A stretch of 64,000 nucleotides of DNA from Nitrospirota bacterium (lineage in GTDB: Bacteria; Nitrospirota; JACRHJ01): the NCBI GenBank assembly GCA_963733375.1, contig CAVTDB010000003.1:160001-224000 (forward strand), read 5' to 3'. The position numbers and the translations under genes are program-made. A model generated the notes under the pieces. The model was not told where the DNA came from, ran no database searches, and saw only the letters and a program-made list of their open reading frames with translations. Shown here in pieces: positions 50,398-61,433 of this stretch (its first letter is position 1; each line of letters begins with the position of its first letter).

Positions 50398-50571
50398 ATG
50401 AAACGTATGCTGATTGCATTTATTGCAGCCCTTGTAGCGGCGGTATCGCTTTCGGGATGTTTCTTCGTGGAGCGTGACCACGATGACAGATACAGGGACA
50501 GGGACAGATACGAGCACCACGATCGCGACTACGACCACGACCGGGGATACCACCATTACAACGGTTTTTAA
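50398..50571 (+). CDS. Small His/Asp/Arg-rich lipoprotein (57 aa, absent from the ORF track)
   Basis: MKRMLIAFIAALVAAVSLSG-CFFVERDHDDRYRDRDRYEHHDRDYDHDRGYHHYNGF; GGAG RBS. Confidence 0.75.
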   Translation: MKRMLIAFIAALVAAVSLSGCFFVERDHDDRYRDRDRYEHHDRDYDHDRGYHHYNGF

Positions 50572-50616
50572 ACTAAGCAGTGATAATCAGGGCGGTTTCG
50601 GGCCGGACGGGAAAAG

Positions 50617-51348
50617 CTAAAATTCCTCACCCGGCCCAAGATATCTCCACTTCCCTTCAGGCAGGTTCGCGAGCATCACGTTCCCGATACGGACGCGTTT
50701 AAGGCCGGTCACCTTCAGCCCCACCTGCTCGCACATCCTTCGTATCTGGCGCTTTTTCCCTTGCTTTAGTATGAACTTAAGCTGGTCCTCGTTCAGCACG
50801 GTAACGACCGCCTTCTTAAGCAGCGCACCGTCCAGCGAGAGGCCGTGGTTCAGGAGCTTTAAGCCCTGTACGGTGAGTACCCCCTCAACGCGCACGACAT
50901 ACTCCTTCTCCACGTCCGACTTCTCGCCGATGAGCCTCTTCGCCACCCGCCCGTCCTGCGTGAATACGATAAGCCCTTGAGAATCAATGTCTAACCGGCC
51001 CGCGGGAGCGAGGTTCTTCAGGTGGTGCGGCGAGAACTTTATCTTTGACGGGTCCCCCTTGGCGCGGTTCGCGGGAGTGAGCAGGACGGAAGCGGGCTTG
51101 TAGCCCCTCTCCGCCTGGCCGGAGACGTAACCTGCCGGTTTATTCAGGATTATCGTAACCAGCCCGGTCTGCTCGGAGGCGGCTTTTTCGTCGAGAGTTA
51201 TCTCGGCGGAAGGGTCCACCTTGATACCCAGCTCGCTCACGCGAAGTCCGTCGACTAATACCAGGCCCCGCTCGATATACGAGTCCGCTTCGCGCCGGGA
51301 GCAAATCCCGCGCTCGGACATCACTTTTGACAGCCGTATTTTTTCCAT
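50617..51348 (-). CDS. RsuA/RluF-family pseudouridine synthase
   Basis: S4 domain [40 protein letters not shown]. Confidence 0.9.
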   Translation of the reverse strand: MEKIRLSKVMSERGICSRREADSYIERGLVLVDGLRVSELGIKVDPSAEITLDEKAASEQTGLVTIILNKPAGYVSGQAERGYKPASVLLTPANRAKGDPSKIKFSPHHLKNLAPAGRLDIDSQGLIVFTQDGRVAKRLIGEKSDVEKEYVVRVEGVLTVQGLKLLNHGLSLDGALLKKAVVTVLNEDQLKFILKQGKKRQIRRMCEQVGLKVTGLKRVRIGNVMLANLPEGKWRYLGPGEEF

Positions 51349-51363
51349 AAACTCCAGAAAAAC

Positions 51364-51497
51364 CGTTACTTTTCTTTCTGTCTTCGCTATCGCTCTGGAC
51401 AGGTAAATCATCTCGCGAGAAAGAAAAGTAACACAAAAGAAAGCGGGGCTTTTCAGTCCAAAAGTTTTTGGCGTTACCTTTTTACAAAAAGGTAACG
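51364..51497. repeat. Palindromic interspersed repeat, copy 1
   Basis: GTTACTTTTCTTT...AAAGAAAAGTAACACAAAAGAAAGC plus GTTACCTTTTT-AC-AAAAAGGTAAC. Confidence 0.8.
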
Positions 51498-51505
51498 GTC
51501 TTACG

Positions 51506-51916
51506 CTACTTTACTCCCAGCAGTTCTACTTCGAATTTCAGCGTCGCATTCGGCGGAATGGCCCCGCCCGCGCCCTGCGCACCGTATCCAAGGCTTGGCG
51601 GTATCGTGAGGTTCCGGACTCCGCCTACCTTCATCCCCTGGACTCCCTCGTCCCAGCCCTTTATGACTTCCCCGGCGCCGAGATGAAAGGTGAAGGGCTC
51701 GTTCCTGTCCTTGCTGGAATCGAACTTCTTCCCGTTGGTGAGCCAGCCGGTATAATGTACCGTTACCGTCTGCCCCGCCTTCGCCTCCGCGCCCGTACCC
51801 ACCTTCACGTCATCTATTACGAGTCCGTCCTTCATCTTCTTCTCCTTTGCGCATGCAGCCATCGGTATTACCACGACCAGGACGGCCGCAGCCACGACTA
51901 ACAAAAACTTTTTCAT
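51506..51916 (-). CDS. FKBP-type peptidyl-prolyl isomerase
   Basis: [36 protein letters not shown]; signal peptide. Confidence 0.93.
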   Translation of the reverse strand: MKKFLLVVAAAVLVVVIPMAACAKEKKMKDGLVIDDVKVGTGAEAKAGQTVTVHYTGWLTNGKKFDSSKDRNEPFTFHLGAGEVIKGWDEGVQGMKVGGVRNLTIPPSLGYGAQGAGGAIPPNATLKFEVELLGVK

Positions 51917-51992
51917 TTCCTCCCCTTTCGTAAGAGTTATGTCTTGACCCCCGTAAAGTTTAGTTAATTGGCCGGATTAAGTCAATTTATTC

Positions 51993-52038
51993 TTGACAGG
52001 TTCTGCCTATGGTGTTACGTTTTCTTTAAAAGTATTAC
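51993..52038 (+). promoter_or_regulatory. Sigma70-type promoter overlapped by a NikR-like operator
   Basis: TTGACA-17bp-TACGTT; GTGTTAC-N13-GTATTAC at 52012-52038. Confidence 0.65.
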
Positions 52039-52064
52039 TAATTCAGGAAAAACTCAGGACTAAC

Positions 52065-53060
52065 ATGCACATACCCGACGGGTATCTCTCGCCTCAGACA
52101 TTCGTGCCGCTTTACGGCGTTTCCGCGGGTTTCTGGACGGTGGGCTTAAGGAAACTGAAGCGCGAACTGGCCGTGAAGCAGGTGCCTTATCTCTCGATGG
52201 CCGCCGCTTTTTCATTCCTCATCATGATGTTCAACATACCCATCCCCGGCGGCACGTCCGGACACGCCGTCGGTGCGGGGATTATCGCCATACTGCTCGG
52301 GCCGTGGACTGCCGTTATCGCAGTCTCCGTCGTCCTGGTCATACAGGCGCTGGTATTCGGGGACGGCGGCATAACGGCAATCGGCGCTAACTGTTTCAAT
52401 ATGGCAGTCGTCATGCCGTTTGTTTCGTGGTGGGTCTTCCGCGCCTTCGCTGGAAGGGAGAAGGGCGGCTTCAGACTCATGGCGGGCGCGTTCCTGTCAG
52501 GCTGGATAGGTCTTTCCGCCGCCGCCTTCGCCGCGGGAGTGGAGTTAGGCATCCAGCCGGTAATCGCCCACGGTCCGGGCGGCGCGCCGCTTTACGCCCC
52601 CTACCCGCTTTCGATCGCCCTGCCCGCGATGTTCCTGGAGCACCTGCTCGTATTCGGCCTCCTGGAGGGGATCATAACGATGCTCCTGGTGAAATATTTC
52701 TACTCAATGGACCCTGATTTTGCGGCTGCGTCAGCCAGGACGGGGCCGAAATTCAATTGGAAACTCTGGCTGGCCCTGCTGGCTGCTTGCGGCGCTGACC
52801 CCGCTTGGGATTATAATCCCGGAAAAGCTGGGCGGGGGAGCGGCATGGGGTGAGTGGGGGCCGGAGAAGCTTCGGCGAGATGTATCGGTTACGTCCCTGC
52901 CGGGTTACAGAAGATGAACACGCTGTGGAACCCCCCCATACCCGATTACGGTACTGGCGCCGGGGCGGCCGCATCCGGCGCCGGCGGATACTTGGCGTCG
53001 GGGTTCGCCGGCGCGGTCCTGGCGGTAGCAATAATTTACGTCCTCGTGAGGCTTTTGAGG
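52065..53060 (+). CDS. nikM: ECF Ni/Co transporter NikM(CbiM)-NikN fusion (frameshifted; 3' end approximate)
   Basis: MHIPDGYLSP N-terminus, GGTSGHAVG, GDGGITAIGAN; PDGLE-like LTPLG...GAAWGEW...PIPDY in later frames. Confidence 0.8.
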
Positions 53061-53927
53061 GGCGGGCCTAAGGCCCCGCGCTCGTATCTTGAGAAAAGCC
53101 TTGACCATATAGCGAAGTTGGTGAAGAACTCGTACGTGCAGTGGGAGCTTTCATCCCGCAAGGGTTTTTTTCAGGAGCTGGACGCGCGGGTAAAGGTTAT
53201 ATTCATGCTTTTGATGCTCATAGCGGTAAACGTCCGCAAGGACCTGCCCACGGAGCTGATTATAGCGGCCTTTGTCCTTATCCTCGCGCTGGCGTCGGGG
53301 GTCGGCCTTAAAGTCATGTATGCCCGGGTGGCCTTCGTCGGGTTCTTTTTCGGCTTCCTTATCGCCCTGCCGTCTTCACTGAACGTAATCACGCCGGGCA
53401 GGGTAGTGTTGCCTCTGCTGTCTCTCCACGAGGCCCACTCGCTCTGGATATATAAAATACCGAAAGAGGTCGGAGTGACGGCCGGGGGGCTATTCGGCGT
53501 GGCAATGCTTACCTTGCGCGTGATAAACTCCGTGTCGCTTGCCATGCTCGTCCTTTTTACCACCCCGTTCACGGAGATAATGCGCGCGCTTAAGATGTTC
53601 CGGGTGCCGGACTCCGTACTGGCGGTCGTCAACCTCACTTATAAATACATCTTTATTTTCGCAAATACCGTGGAGGACATGCACCTGGCGAAGATGAGCA
53701 GGACCGCCGGGGCGCTGGACGGCTCCGAGGCCAGGCGGTGGGCGGCTGGCAGGATGGGCATTATTTTCAAGAAGACTCAAGGGAAGTGCGACGAGATATT
53801 CAAGGCCATGTTGGCTCGCGGGTTTACGGGTGAGATAAAGCTCCGGGGCGGGGGGTCTATGAAAAAATCGGATTGGCTGGTTTTGACGGCAGCGCTAACG
53901 GCAGGTATTGTCCTGATAATCGTTTGA
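53046..53927 (+). CDS. ECF transporter T component (NikQ/CbiQ); start uncertain
   Basis: LDARVK, TTPF..IMRAL..FRVP, YKYIF, AMLARGF.G. Confidence 0.85.
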   Translation: MRLLRGGPKAPRSYLEKSLDHIAKLVKNSYVQWELSSRKGFFQELDARVKVIFMLLMLIAVNVRKDLPTELIIAAFVLILALASGVGLKVMYARVAFVGFFFGFLIALPSSLNVITPGRVVLPLLSLHEAHSLWIYKIPKEVGVTAGGLFGVAMLTLRVINSVSLAMLVLFTTPFTEIMRALKMFRVPDSVLAVVNLTYKYIFIFANTVEDMHLAKMSRTAGALDGSEARRWAAGRMGIIFKKTQGKCDEIFKAMLARGFTGEIKLRGGGSMKKSDWLVLTAALTAGIVLIIV

Positions 53928-53937
53928 GGGATAAAAA

Positions 53938-54747
53938 ATGGAGACCGCGGTTAAGGCGGAAAACGTAAGCTACAGCTATTACGGCAAGATAGCCGCCCTC
54001 CGCGGCGTGAACATCGAGATAGGCCGCGGGGACCGGCTGGCAATCATCGGCTCCAACGGATGCGGGAAGTCAACACTGCTTCAGACGCTGGACGGGCTGA
54101 TAACTCCCGATACGGGCAAAGTCTTTTACATGGGCCGGGAACTCAGCCAGGAAAGCCTGAAGGAACGGGAGTTCCAGAAATTCTTTCGCGGCGGGATGGG
54201 CTACGTCTTCCAGGACTCGGACGTCCAGCTCTTCTGCCCGACGGTGCTGGACGAGATGGTGTTCGGCCCGATGCAGCTTGGGCTCTCCGAGGAAGAGTCG
54301 CTCTCAAGAGCCCACCGCGTGATGGCCGACCTGGGTGTGGAGGCGCTCAAGGACCGTCCGTCTTATATGCTTTCGGGAGGCGAGAAAAAGCGCGTGGCGC
54401 TCGGGTCCGTGCTGGTGATGGACCCGGAGGTCCTGCTCCTGGACGAGCCGACAAGCGGGCTGGACCCGAAGTCCCAGATGTTCTTAATCGAGCTGATGTT
54501 CAGCCTGAACCAGGCCGGGAAAACCATCGTGGTGGCGACGCACGACCTGGCGCTGGTTGACGAGTTAAACGGTACGGTCGCGGTGCTCTCCGAAGAGCAC
54601 AGGATTGAGAAGGTCGGCCCGGCGGACGTCGTGCTTTCCGACCAGGAACTCCTGCTGAAGGTTAACCTGATCCACGAACACGTCCATGCCCACGGCGGCA
54701 CTACCCACCGCCACGTCCATTCCCACTACCAGTTCCACAGGCATTAA
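53938..54747 (+). CDS. ECF transporter ATPase (NikO/CbiO) with a His-rich tail
   Basis: GSNGCGKST, LSGGEKKR, LLLDEP, HEHVHAH...HRHVHSH. Confidence 0.92.
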   Translation: METAVKAENVSYSYYGKIAALRGVNIEIGRGDRLAIIGSNGCGKSTLLQTLDGLITPDTGKVFYMGRELSQESLKEREFQKFFRGGMGYVFQDSDVQLFCPTVLDEMVFGPMQLGLSEEESLSRAHRVMADLGVEALKDRPSYMLSGGEKKRVALGSVLVMDPEVLLLDEPTSGLDPKSQMFLIELMFSLNQAGKTIVVATHDLALVDELNGTVAVLSEEHRIEKVGPADVVLSDQELLLKVNLIHEHVHAHGGTTHRHVHSHYQFHRH

Positions 54748-54788
54748 ATAATTTAAAATTTCCATTCCAGATGGTATCCTATCTCTAA

Positions 54789-57700
54789 ATGGGAATTCTT
54801 GAATCTATCATATCCGGAGATGAAGGGCTTTCCCGATATCTCGCCGGAAAAGGCTTCTCCGACCCCGCGAAAGCCGTCTCGAACCTGCGGCTCATCTCCG
54901 AGAGGGTGGACGAGGGGCTCTTAAGAGAAAACCTCACGCCGCTTGTCCATTACTGTTCGCGCTCGGCGAACCCCGATGTCTGCCTCAACAACTTCGAGAG
55001 GGTCTGCGCCGCCTTCCCGACGCCGGCCGATTTTTTTAAATCAATAGCCGGCCGGCCGGACGCCCTGAAGGTCCTGGCCCCGCTCTTCGCCTCGTCTTTG
55101 TTCCTCGTGAGGTTTATCCTGTCGGAGCCCTTGCATCTGGTCAACTGGCTGACCGGGCCGGGAGTGCTGGACGCGCCCCGGGATAGAGAGGCAGTACGGA
55201 AAGAAATGTTGACGGCATGCCCGCCGCAGACGCCGCTCGTTGATGCATCAAGACTGCTGAGAAGATTTAAATACACCGAGTTCCTCCGGATTACCGCGCG
55301 CGACCTGCTTGGAATCGCGGGGGTTTCGGAGACCACGGCGGAGCTGTCCAACCTGGCGGACGCGGTCCTGGAGGCGGCGTATCGCGCGGGCCGCCATATA
55401 CTTGACAAAAAATACGGACTGCCCCAATACAAAGCTTCGAGCGGGAAAACGTCCCGCTGTCCGTTTACCGTCATAGCGATGGGGAAGCTTGGCGGACGGG
55501 AGCTGAACTTCTCGTCGGACATCGACATACTGTTTTTATATGGAAAGGACGGGAACACGTCCGGCCCCCAGGTAATAACCAACCACCAGTACTTTGTGGA
55601 ACTCTCCGAGATCATCGTGAAGCTTATCGGGGAGAGAACGCCCGACGGGTTCGTGTTCCGTGTGGATACGCGCCTGCGGCCCGAAGGTGAAAGGGGCGAC
55701 CTTGCCCAGAGCCTCGCCGGATACGAGACCTATTACGAGTCCTGGGGCCGCACCTGGGAACGCTCCGCGCTTATCAAGGCGCGCCCGTGCGCCGGGGACA
55801 TGGAACTTGGACGCGATTTCATCCTTGCCCTCAGGCCGTTCGTATTCAGGAAATATCTCGATTACTCAGCCATCGCCGAAATCCGGGACTTGAAGCTCCG
55901 CATCGAAAGCTCGCCGTCGCACGAGGCAAAGGCCCTGGACGTAAAGCTCGGTCCCGGAGGCATCAGGGAGATAGAATTTTTTATATCCACCCTGCATCTC
56001 GTTTATGGAGGCCGCGAGCCGGGTATCCGGGAGCTGGGCACGCTCCGGGCGCTCCACCGGCTTGCGCTTGCGGGCCTTATAACATTCGGGGAACAGGGCG
56101 AGCTCTCCCGCGCGTACGAGTTCCTGCGTCTTGCCGAGCACAGGCTCCAGGTGGTGGACGAGAGGCAGGTCCACTCCTGTCCCCGAAACGATGAAAGCAT
56201 CCGGGCGCTGGCGCTTCGGATGGGATACCGGGATGCGGGGGAGAAGGACGCGGGGGCGGCGTTCATTGAAGACTTCAAAAAGCATACCGGGAAAGTGCGC
56301 GAGATATATGACAGGCTCTTCATGGAACAGCCTGTTGACGTGCGGGAACGGGGCGCCGGAAGCGAATTTGAGCGACTGCTGTCGGAGGATTTAACCGAGC
56401 GGGAAGCGGTGGAGACCTTCCGTCTGGCCGGTTTCAAAGACACGCGCCAGGCATACCGGAATTTTATTCTGCTGAAGGAAGGCACGTCGGAGAGCCCGAT
56501 CACCCCGAGGAGCAGGAACCTTTTCCTCAGGATACTCCCGGCGCTCCTCACGGGTTGCAAGGACGCGCCCGACCCGGACATGGCCTTGAACAACCTGGAG
56601 TCTTTCATAACCTCTTTCGGTTCGCGGGAAGCTATCCACGACCTTGTGACCGAGACACCTCAGGCGGCGGAGCGGATGACCAGGCTGTTCGGTTCGAGCG
56701 AATATTTCTCGCGCCTTCTTGTCTCCCGTCCGGAGATGAGCGACGCGCTTCTCTTCATGGACCCGGGCAGACTTAAAAAGTCCAAAGAAGAATTATCCCG
56801 TGAGCTTGCGGCTAATCTGTCTCACTCCGAGAGTTTCGCGGCCAGGATGGACGCGCTACGCGAGTTCAAGCAATCGGAAGAGCTGCGGGTGGGAATCCGG
56901 GACGTATTCATGGACCCGGGCTGGGTAGAAATCTCGTCTGAATTATCGGCTCTTGCGGAAGTCGTACTGGAAGCGGCTCTTCTGGCCTCAGTCCGGGACA
57001 TGGGTGAGAAATACGGCCTGCCTAAGGACGTGGAAAACGCCAGGGATATCGCGGTAATCGGCTTCGGGAAACTGGGCGGACGGGAGCTGATTTACGGTTC
57101 GGACCTGGACATAACCTTCATCCACGGGAAATTCGCGCCAAACATCTCAGGGAGGGAACATCGGCGGACATGAATTTTACGACCGTCTCTCCGAACGTGT
57201 AATTTTCGCGTTGACCGCGCTGACGCATGAAGGCACGGCATACCGGGTGGACTTAAGGCTTAGGCCGGGCGGCTCCAAGGGTATGCTTACCCATACGCTG
57301 GACGGGCTCACGGAATATTACGCCGCGGCCCCGGTCTGGGAGTTGCAGGCTTTAACCCGCGCGCGCGGGATTGCGGGCGATAAGGAGTTGCTCGCGGGGT
57401 TTGAGCGGATGCGTCAACTTATTCTATCTGCGGCCAGAGAGAAAACGTCACTGGCAAACGAAGTACTGTCCATGCGAAGACGCCTGGAGCGCGAGTCCGC
57501 GAAAAGCAAGGGGATAGACATAAAACGGGGCAGAGGCGGCATCGTGGACGTCGAGTTCGCTGTGCAGTACTTGCAGCTCCTGCACGGACGGACGCACCCG
57601 GAATTACTGGTGCCGGGGACGCTTGCCGCGCTCGATGAGATTATTGAGCAGAAGACTTGTCCCGAAGGCGGAAGGGGCGGCATTTCGCAGTTCATATTTC

Positions 57701-57904
57701 TTTATGAAAGAGCTGGAGTCGCGTCTTCGGATGATAATGGGGGCCGCAGAAACGACGCTCCCGCCGGACGAGGAGAAGCTGGAGCTGACTTCCGCGAGGA
57801 TGGGCTATAAAGGACATGGCCCGGACGCGGCAAAGGCCCTTCTTCACGATTATCAAAAGCATGCCGCGCGGATAAGAGAGATTTTTGATAGAATAATCTC
57901 ATAG
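54789..57904 (+). CDS. glnE: Glutamine synthetase adenylyltransferase (frameshifts near 57150 and 57660)
   Basis: MGKLGGRELNFSSDID, RVDTRLRPEG, WERSALIKAR, DVKLG.GGIREIEF; second domain GKLGGREL.YGSDLD, DLRLRP, DIK.GRGGIVDVEF. Confidence 0.9.
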
Positions 57905-57932
57905 CTTTTAGCGTAAATGCCGGTTTTTATAC

Positions 57933-57982
57933 CCGGCTTTCTTTTGGTACTTTTCTTTCACCCGAAAGAAAAGTACGACTTT
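57933..57982. repeat. Palindromic interspersed repeat, copy 2 (inverted relative to copy 3)
   Basis: GGCTTTCTTTTGGTACTTTTCTTTCACCCGAAAGAAAAGTACGACTTT. Confidence 0.8.
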
Positions 57983-57997
57983 GCAAGGAGGCGTTTG

Positions 57998-59119
57998 ATG
58001 TCCAAAGGTGTATTTCACGTCCGCGCGCGGCACACGCTGGGACTACCGCTACAGCGTCCTTGGGCGCTTCGAGAGGATGCTCGGTGAATGCGGCCTGATG
58101 AATTCGACAAGGGCGAGTACGTTGCGGTAAAGACGCACTTCGGCTCCGAGGGCGCGCACCGGATTGTAAGGCCATCGTTCCTCAGGAAAACGACCGACGC
58201 CGTAAAGAACGCGGGCGGAAAACCCTTCGTAACGGACACCGTGCGGATTATGGGCGTGGATTATCTGGAGGTAGCCAATTCAAACGGAATAAACCACCTG
58301 TCCGTAGGCGCGCCGGTGATCCTCGCGGACGGTCCGTTCGGCAAGGACAGCCTGATAATAGCCGCGCCGGGTGACATACTGGGCGAGATTGCCGTCGCGT
58401 CCGCCATTCACGACGCACCCGCGATGGTAGTCTGCTCGCATGTCAAGGGGCATATACAGGCGGGATATGCCGGGGCGTTAAAGAACCTCGCAATGGGCGG
58501 GGTCTCGGCGGCGCACAGGGAAGGCGGCTGGAAGAAGGGGCGCGGGCACATGCACTGCCATGGAGAAGTGCCTCTTTCGTGGGACCCGGAGGTCTGTACG
58601 TACTGCCAGCAGTGCGAGAACGTCTGCCCGAAGGACGCCATAAAATTCGTTGACGAGAAGCTCGTGCACGACGCGTCCCAGTGCTGGTTCTGCGGGAGGT
58701 GCGTCCGCGTCTGCCCGTCCGGCGGGCTGACCCTTCCGGTGGACGACGAGACATTCCAGAAATCGCTTGCCGAGAGCGCCGGCGCGGTGCTTTCCACGTT
58801 CAAGCCGGGCAGGGTAATCTATATCAATTTCATGTTCGAGATCCAGCCGGAGTGCGACTGCATGCCGTCTTGCGACACGCCGATGCTCCAGGACCAGGGG
58901 ATACTGATTTCGGACGATCTGGTCGCCATTGAACAGGCAACTGTCGATATGCTCCGGAAGGCAAACCCTCTGCCGCAGTCGGCGGCCCAGGAGCGGGAAT
59001 GCAAACCCGGTGACGACGTGATGAGCATGGTGAACCCGAGGAACTACTCCCTGTGCATCGAACACGCCGAGAAGCTCGGCCTGGGCAGCAGGGAGTATGC
59101 GTTGGAGGAAATTACTTAA
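57998..59119 (+). CDS. DUF362-family Fe-S protein with a 2x[4Fe-4S] ferredoxin domain (5' frameshift)
   Basis: VAVKTHFG, SHVKGH..AGYAGALKNLAMG, CTYCQQCENVCP, CWFCGRCVRVCP, PECDC; RBS and ATG at 57998 in another frame. Confidence 0.85.
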
Positions 59120-59215
59120 AGTCGTTACTTTTCTTTCGGGTGAAAGAAAAGTAACACAAAAGAAAGCCGGACAGTTTAAAAGTTTTTGGCGCTACCTTTT
59201 TACCAAAAAGGTAGC
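59118..59215. repeat. Palindromic interspersed repeat, copy 3
   Basis: AAAGTCGTTACTTTTCTTTCGGGTGAAAGAAAAGTAACACAAAAGAAAGCCGG...GCTACCTTTTTACCAAAAAGGTAGC. Confidence 0.8.
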
Positions 59216-59222
59216 AAAGGTC

Positions 59223-59622
59223 TTACGGCCCCTGCACCGTCCGGAGCATGTTATAAACGAACAGAACTATAGAGATGAACATCACCACGCCGAAGACGAT
59301 AAGTATCTCGTTTCCGCCTGGATTACCAGGCTGCGCAGCAGCCAGCCGATTGCCATCCCCATCATGCCCGCGGACGCCAGCCAGAACTGGACGGTCATCA
59401 GTTTCCGGTTGAATATGGGCTTGCCGGAGAACCTGGGAAGGATATGGTAGCCCACGCCGAATATCATCATGGACATCCAGCCGATCAGGTTCATGTGGAC
59501 GTGCAGGGAAATCCTGTCCTGGTTGGCCGAATCAGGGAAAAAAGAAAGATGACTCCGAGCAGCGTGCCCAGCAGGAAATAGATGACGCTCTGGCGAATAA
59601 ACCAGACGACTTCCTTATCCAT
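59223..59622 (-). CDS. Small membrane protein with a heme-copper oxidase-like HxH motif (frameshifted)
   Basis: MDKEVVWFIRQSVIYF...LHVHMNLIGWMSMMIFGVGYHILPRFSGKP. Confidence 0.65.
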
Positions 59623-59753
59623 TTAAAAGACCTCCAATATGTTATCGGGAGGGAGCATTCTCTTTCGAAAAATTATTATTCACAATTACGCTTTAACCGC
59701 TGCCGTTCTGTTTTACGTTCAACGATAATTTTTCTCCGAGAATACTCCTTCCC

Positions 59754-59891
59754 TTAGTGGGCTCCGTGGATGAACATCGGCAGGCAGCGCGCGCACACCC
59801 AGACCGCCTTTCCTTCCTGTTCGCACGATATCAGAAGCTTCGCCGAGCTGTCCGCCCCGCAACTTACGCATATATGTTTTTCCTCTGCCAT
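59754..59891 (-). CDS. Small CxxC...CxxC protein
   Basis: MAEEKHICVSCG...VCARCLPMFIHGAH; GGAGG RBS. Confidence 0.7.
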   Translation of the reverse strand: MAEEKHICVSCGADSSAKLLISCEQEGKAVWVCARCLPMFIHGAH

Positions 59892-59914
59892 GCCGATTAC
59901 CTCCGTTGAAAATT

Positions 59915-60010
59915 CCGTCCTTTTCTTTCTGTCTTCGCTTTCTGTCTTCGCTTTCGCTCTGGACAGGCAAATCATAATCGAGAAAGAAAAAGGACCAAAA
60001 GAAAGCTGGG
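59915..60010. repeat. Palindromic interspersed repeat, copy 4
   Basis: TTTTCTTTCTGTCTTCGC...CGCTCTGGACAGG.AAATCAT...GAGAAAGAAAA...CAAAAGAAAGC; shares its loop with copy 1. Confidence 0.75.
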
Positions 60011-60094
60011 CTATTAACCAGGGCTATTCACACCAATTTATCATCTCCCAGTGCCGGGGTCGCTGATTTCGCGCTGGTTAATAGATGATATTTG

Positions 60095-61411
60095 TCAGGC
60101 CCGGCCCTCGCGAAAGGTGAAGAAGTCATAGATGAACATATATGCCCCGGCGGCGAACCAGCAGGCCGCGACCAAGTCCACGATGAACCAGATCCGCATG
60201 TAGTCCTGAGTAGTGAGGAAGTCTATCCCTACCACCCTGTTAAGATAAGCCTGCACAATGCCTGCGACGGCCAGCGCAAGCCCCATCAGGAACATCCCGG
60301 AGACCATAGCCCAGAAAGAGAACATCCCCCGCCACTGGTTGTAGTTCTCATGGCCTTTAAGCTTCGGAAGGGCGAAATAGAACATCGTGAAGTTCAGCAT
60401 GGCATAAGCTCCGAAGAACGCCATATGACCATGCGACGCGGTAACCTGGGTGCCGTGCGACCACTGGTTTATCTGCGGGAGCGTATGCGCGAAGCCCCAT
60501 ACCCCCGCTCCGACGAAATGGAACCACGCCCCGCCTACCACCCAATAGAGCGCGACCCGGTTGGTTATCTCTATCTTCTTCTGACGGACGTGGCGCATCG
60601 TGTCCATCACCATGAGCAGTATCGGGAGCGGCTCCAGGGCCGAGAATGCCCCGCCCCACCAGTACCAGTACTTCGGCGTCCCTATCCAGTAGTAATGGTG
60701 CCCGGTGCCGATTATGCCGGTAAAAAGCACCAGCCCCACTTCCACGTAAAGCCACTTCTCTATATGTACCCTTTCGATGCCCGTGAGCTTCAGGAGCAGG
60801 AACGCGAGTATCGCCCCCGCGATAAGTTCCCAGGCCCCCTCCACCCAGAGATGAATCACCCACCACCAGAAGAAATACTGCGTGGAGAGGTTTTTCATGA
60901 AGAATATGCCGAATAGGAACATCACGGCCAGGAAAACCATCCCGGCCAGAAGCACCCCCTGTATCGCGGTCCATTTGCCGGTCTTCAATATCGTCATGAA
61001 TACGTTGAAAAGGAATATGAGCGCGGCTATCACTATGACCACTTTAATTATCGTCGGCTGCTCCAGAAACGGCATCCCCCACGAGTAGCCAAGCAGGTAA
61101 GAGACTACGGCCGACACCCCTGCCGCGGCCAGCAGCCAGAACTGGAGCCTTGCCAGTCTCACGCTGTAAAGCTCAGTCTCGGACTCCTCCGGGATCATAT
61201 AATACGTGCCGCCCATGAAACCCAGCAGGAGCCAGAACACGAGGAGGTTTATGTGGATTGCGCGCGAGGTATTGAACGGGATGTAGTAAAGAAGCGGGTC
61301 CGGCCATATGTACTTGACGATTGTCAGGAGGCCGAATATTATCTGGAGTCCGAATAACAGGACCGCCAGGACGAAGTACGGGTAAGCTTCTTTCTGCGTC
61401 GCGCGGGTCAT
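60095..61411 (-). CDS. norB: Nitric oxide reductase large subunit (cNOR)
   Basis: RAIHINL, WWVIHLWVEGAWE, GTGHHYYWIG, FSALEP, HGTQVTASHGHMAFFG. Confidence 0.95.
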   Translation of the reverse strand: MTRATQKEAYPYFVLAVLLFGLQIIFGLLTIVKYIWPDPLLYYIPFNTSRAIHINLLVFWLLLGFMGGTYYMIPEESETELYSVRLARLQFWLLAAAGVSAVVSYLLGYSWGMPFLEQPTIIKVVIVIAALIFLFNVFMTILKTGKWTAIQGVLLAGMVFLAVMFLFGIFFMKNLSTQYFFWWWVIHLWVEGAWELIAGAILAFLLLKLTGIERVHIEKWLYVEVGLVLFTGIIGTGHHYYWIGTPKYWYWWGGAFSALEPLPILLMVMDTMRHVRQKKIEITNRVALYWVVGGAWFHFVGAGVWGFAHTLPQINQWSHGTQVTASHGHMAFFGAYAMLNFTMFYFALPKLKGHENYNQWRGMFSFWAMVSGMFLMGLALAVAGIVQAYLNRVVGIDFLTTQDYMRIWFIVDLVAACWFAAGAYMFIYDFFTFREGRA

Positions 61412-61433
61412 GTTAAAGGGCTCCTCCCAGAGT

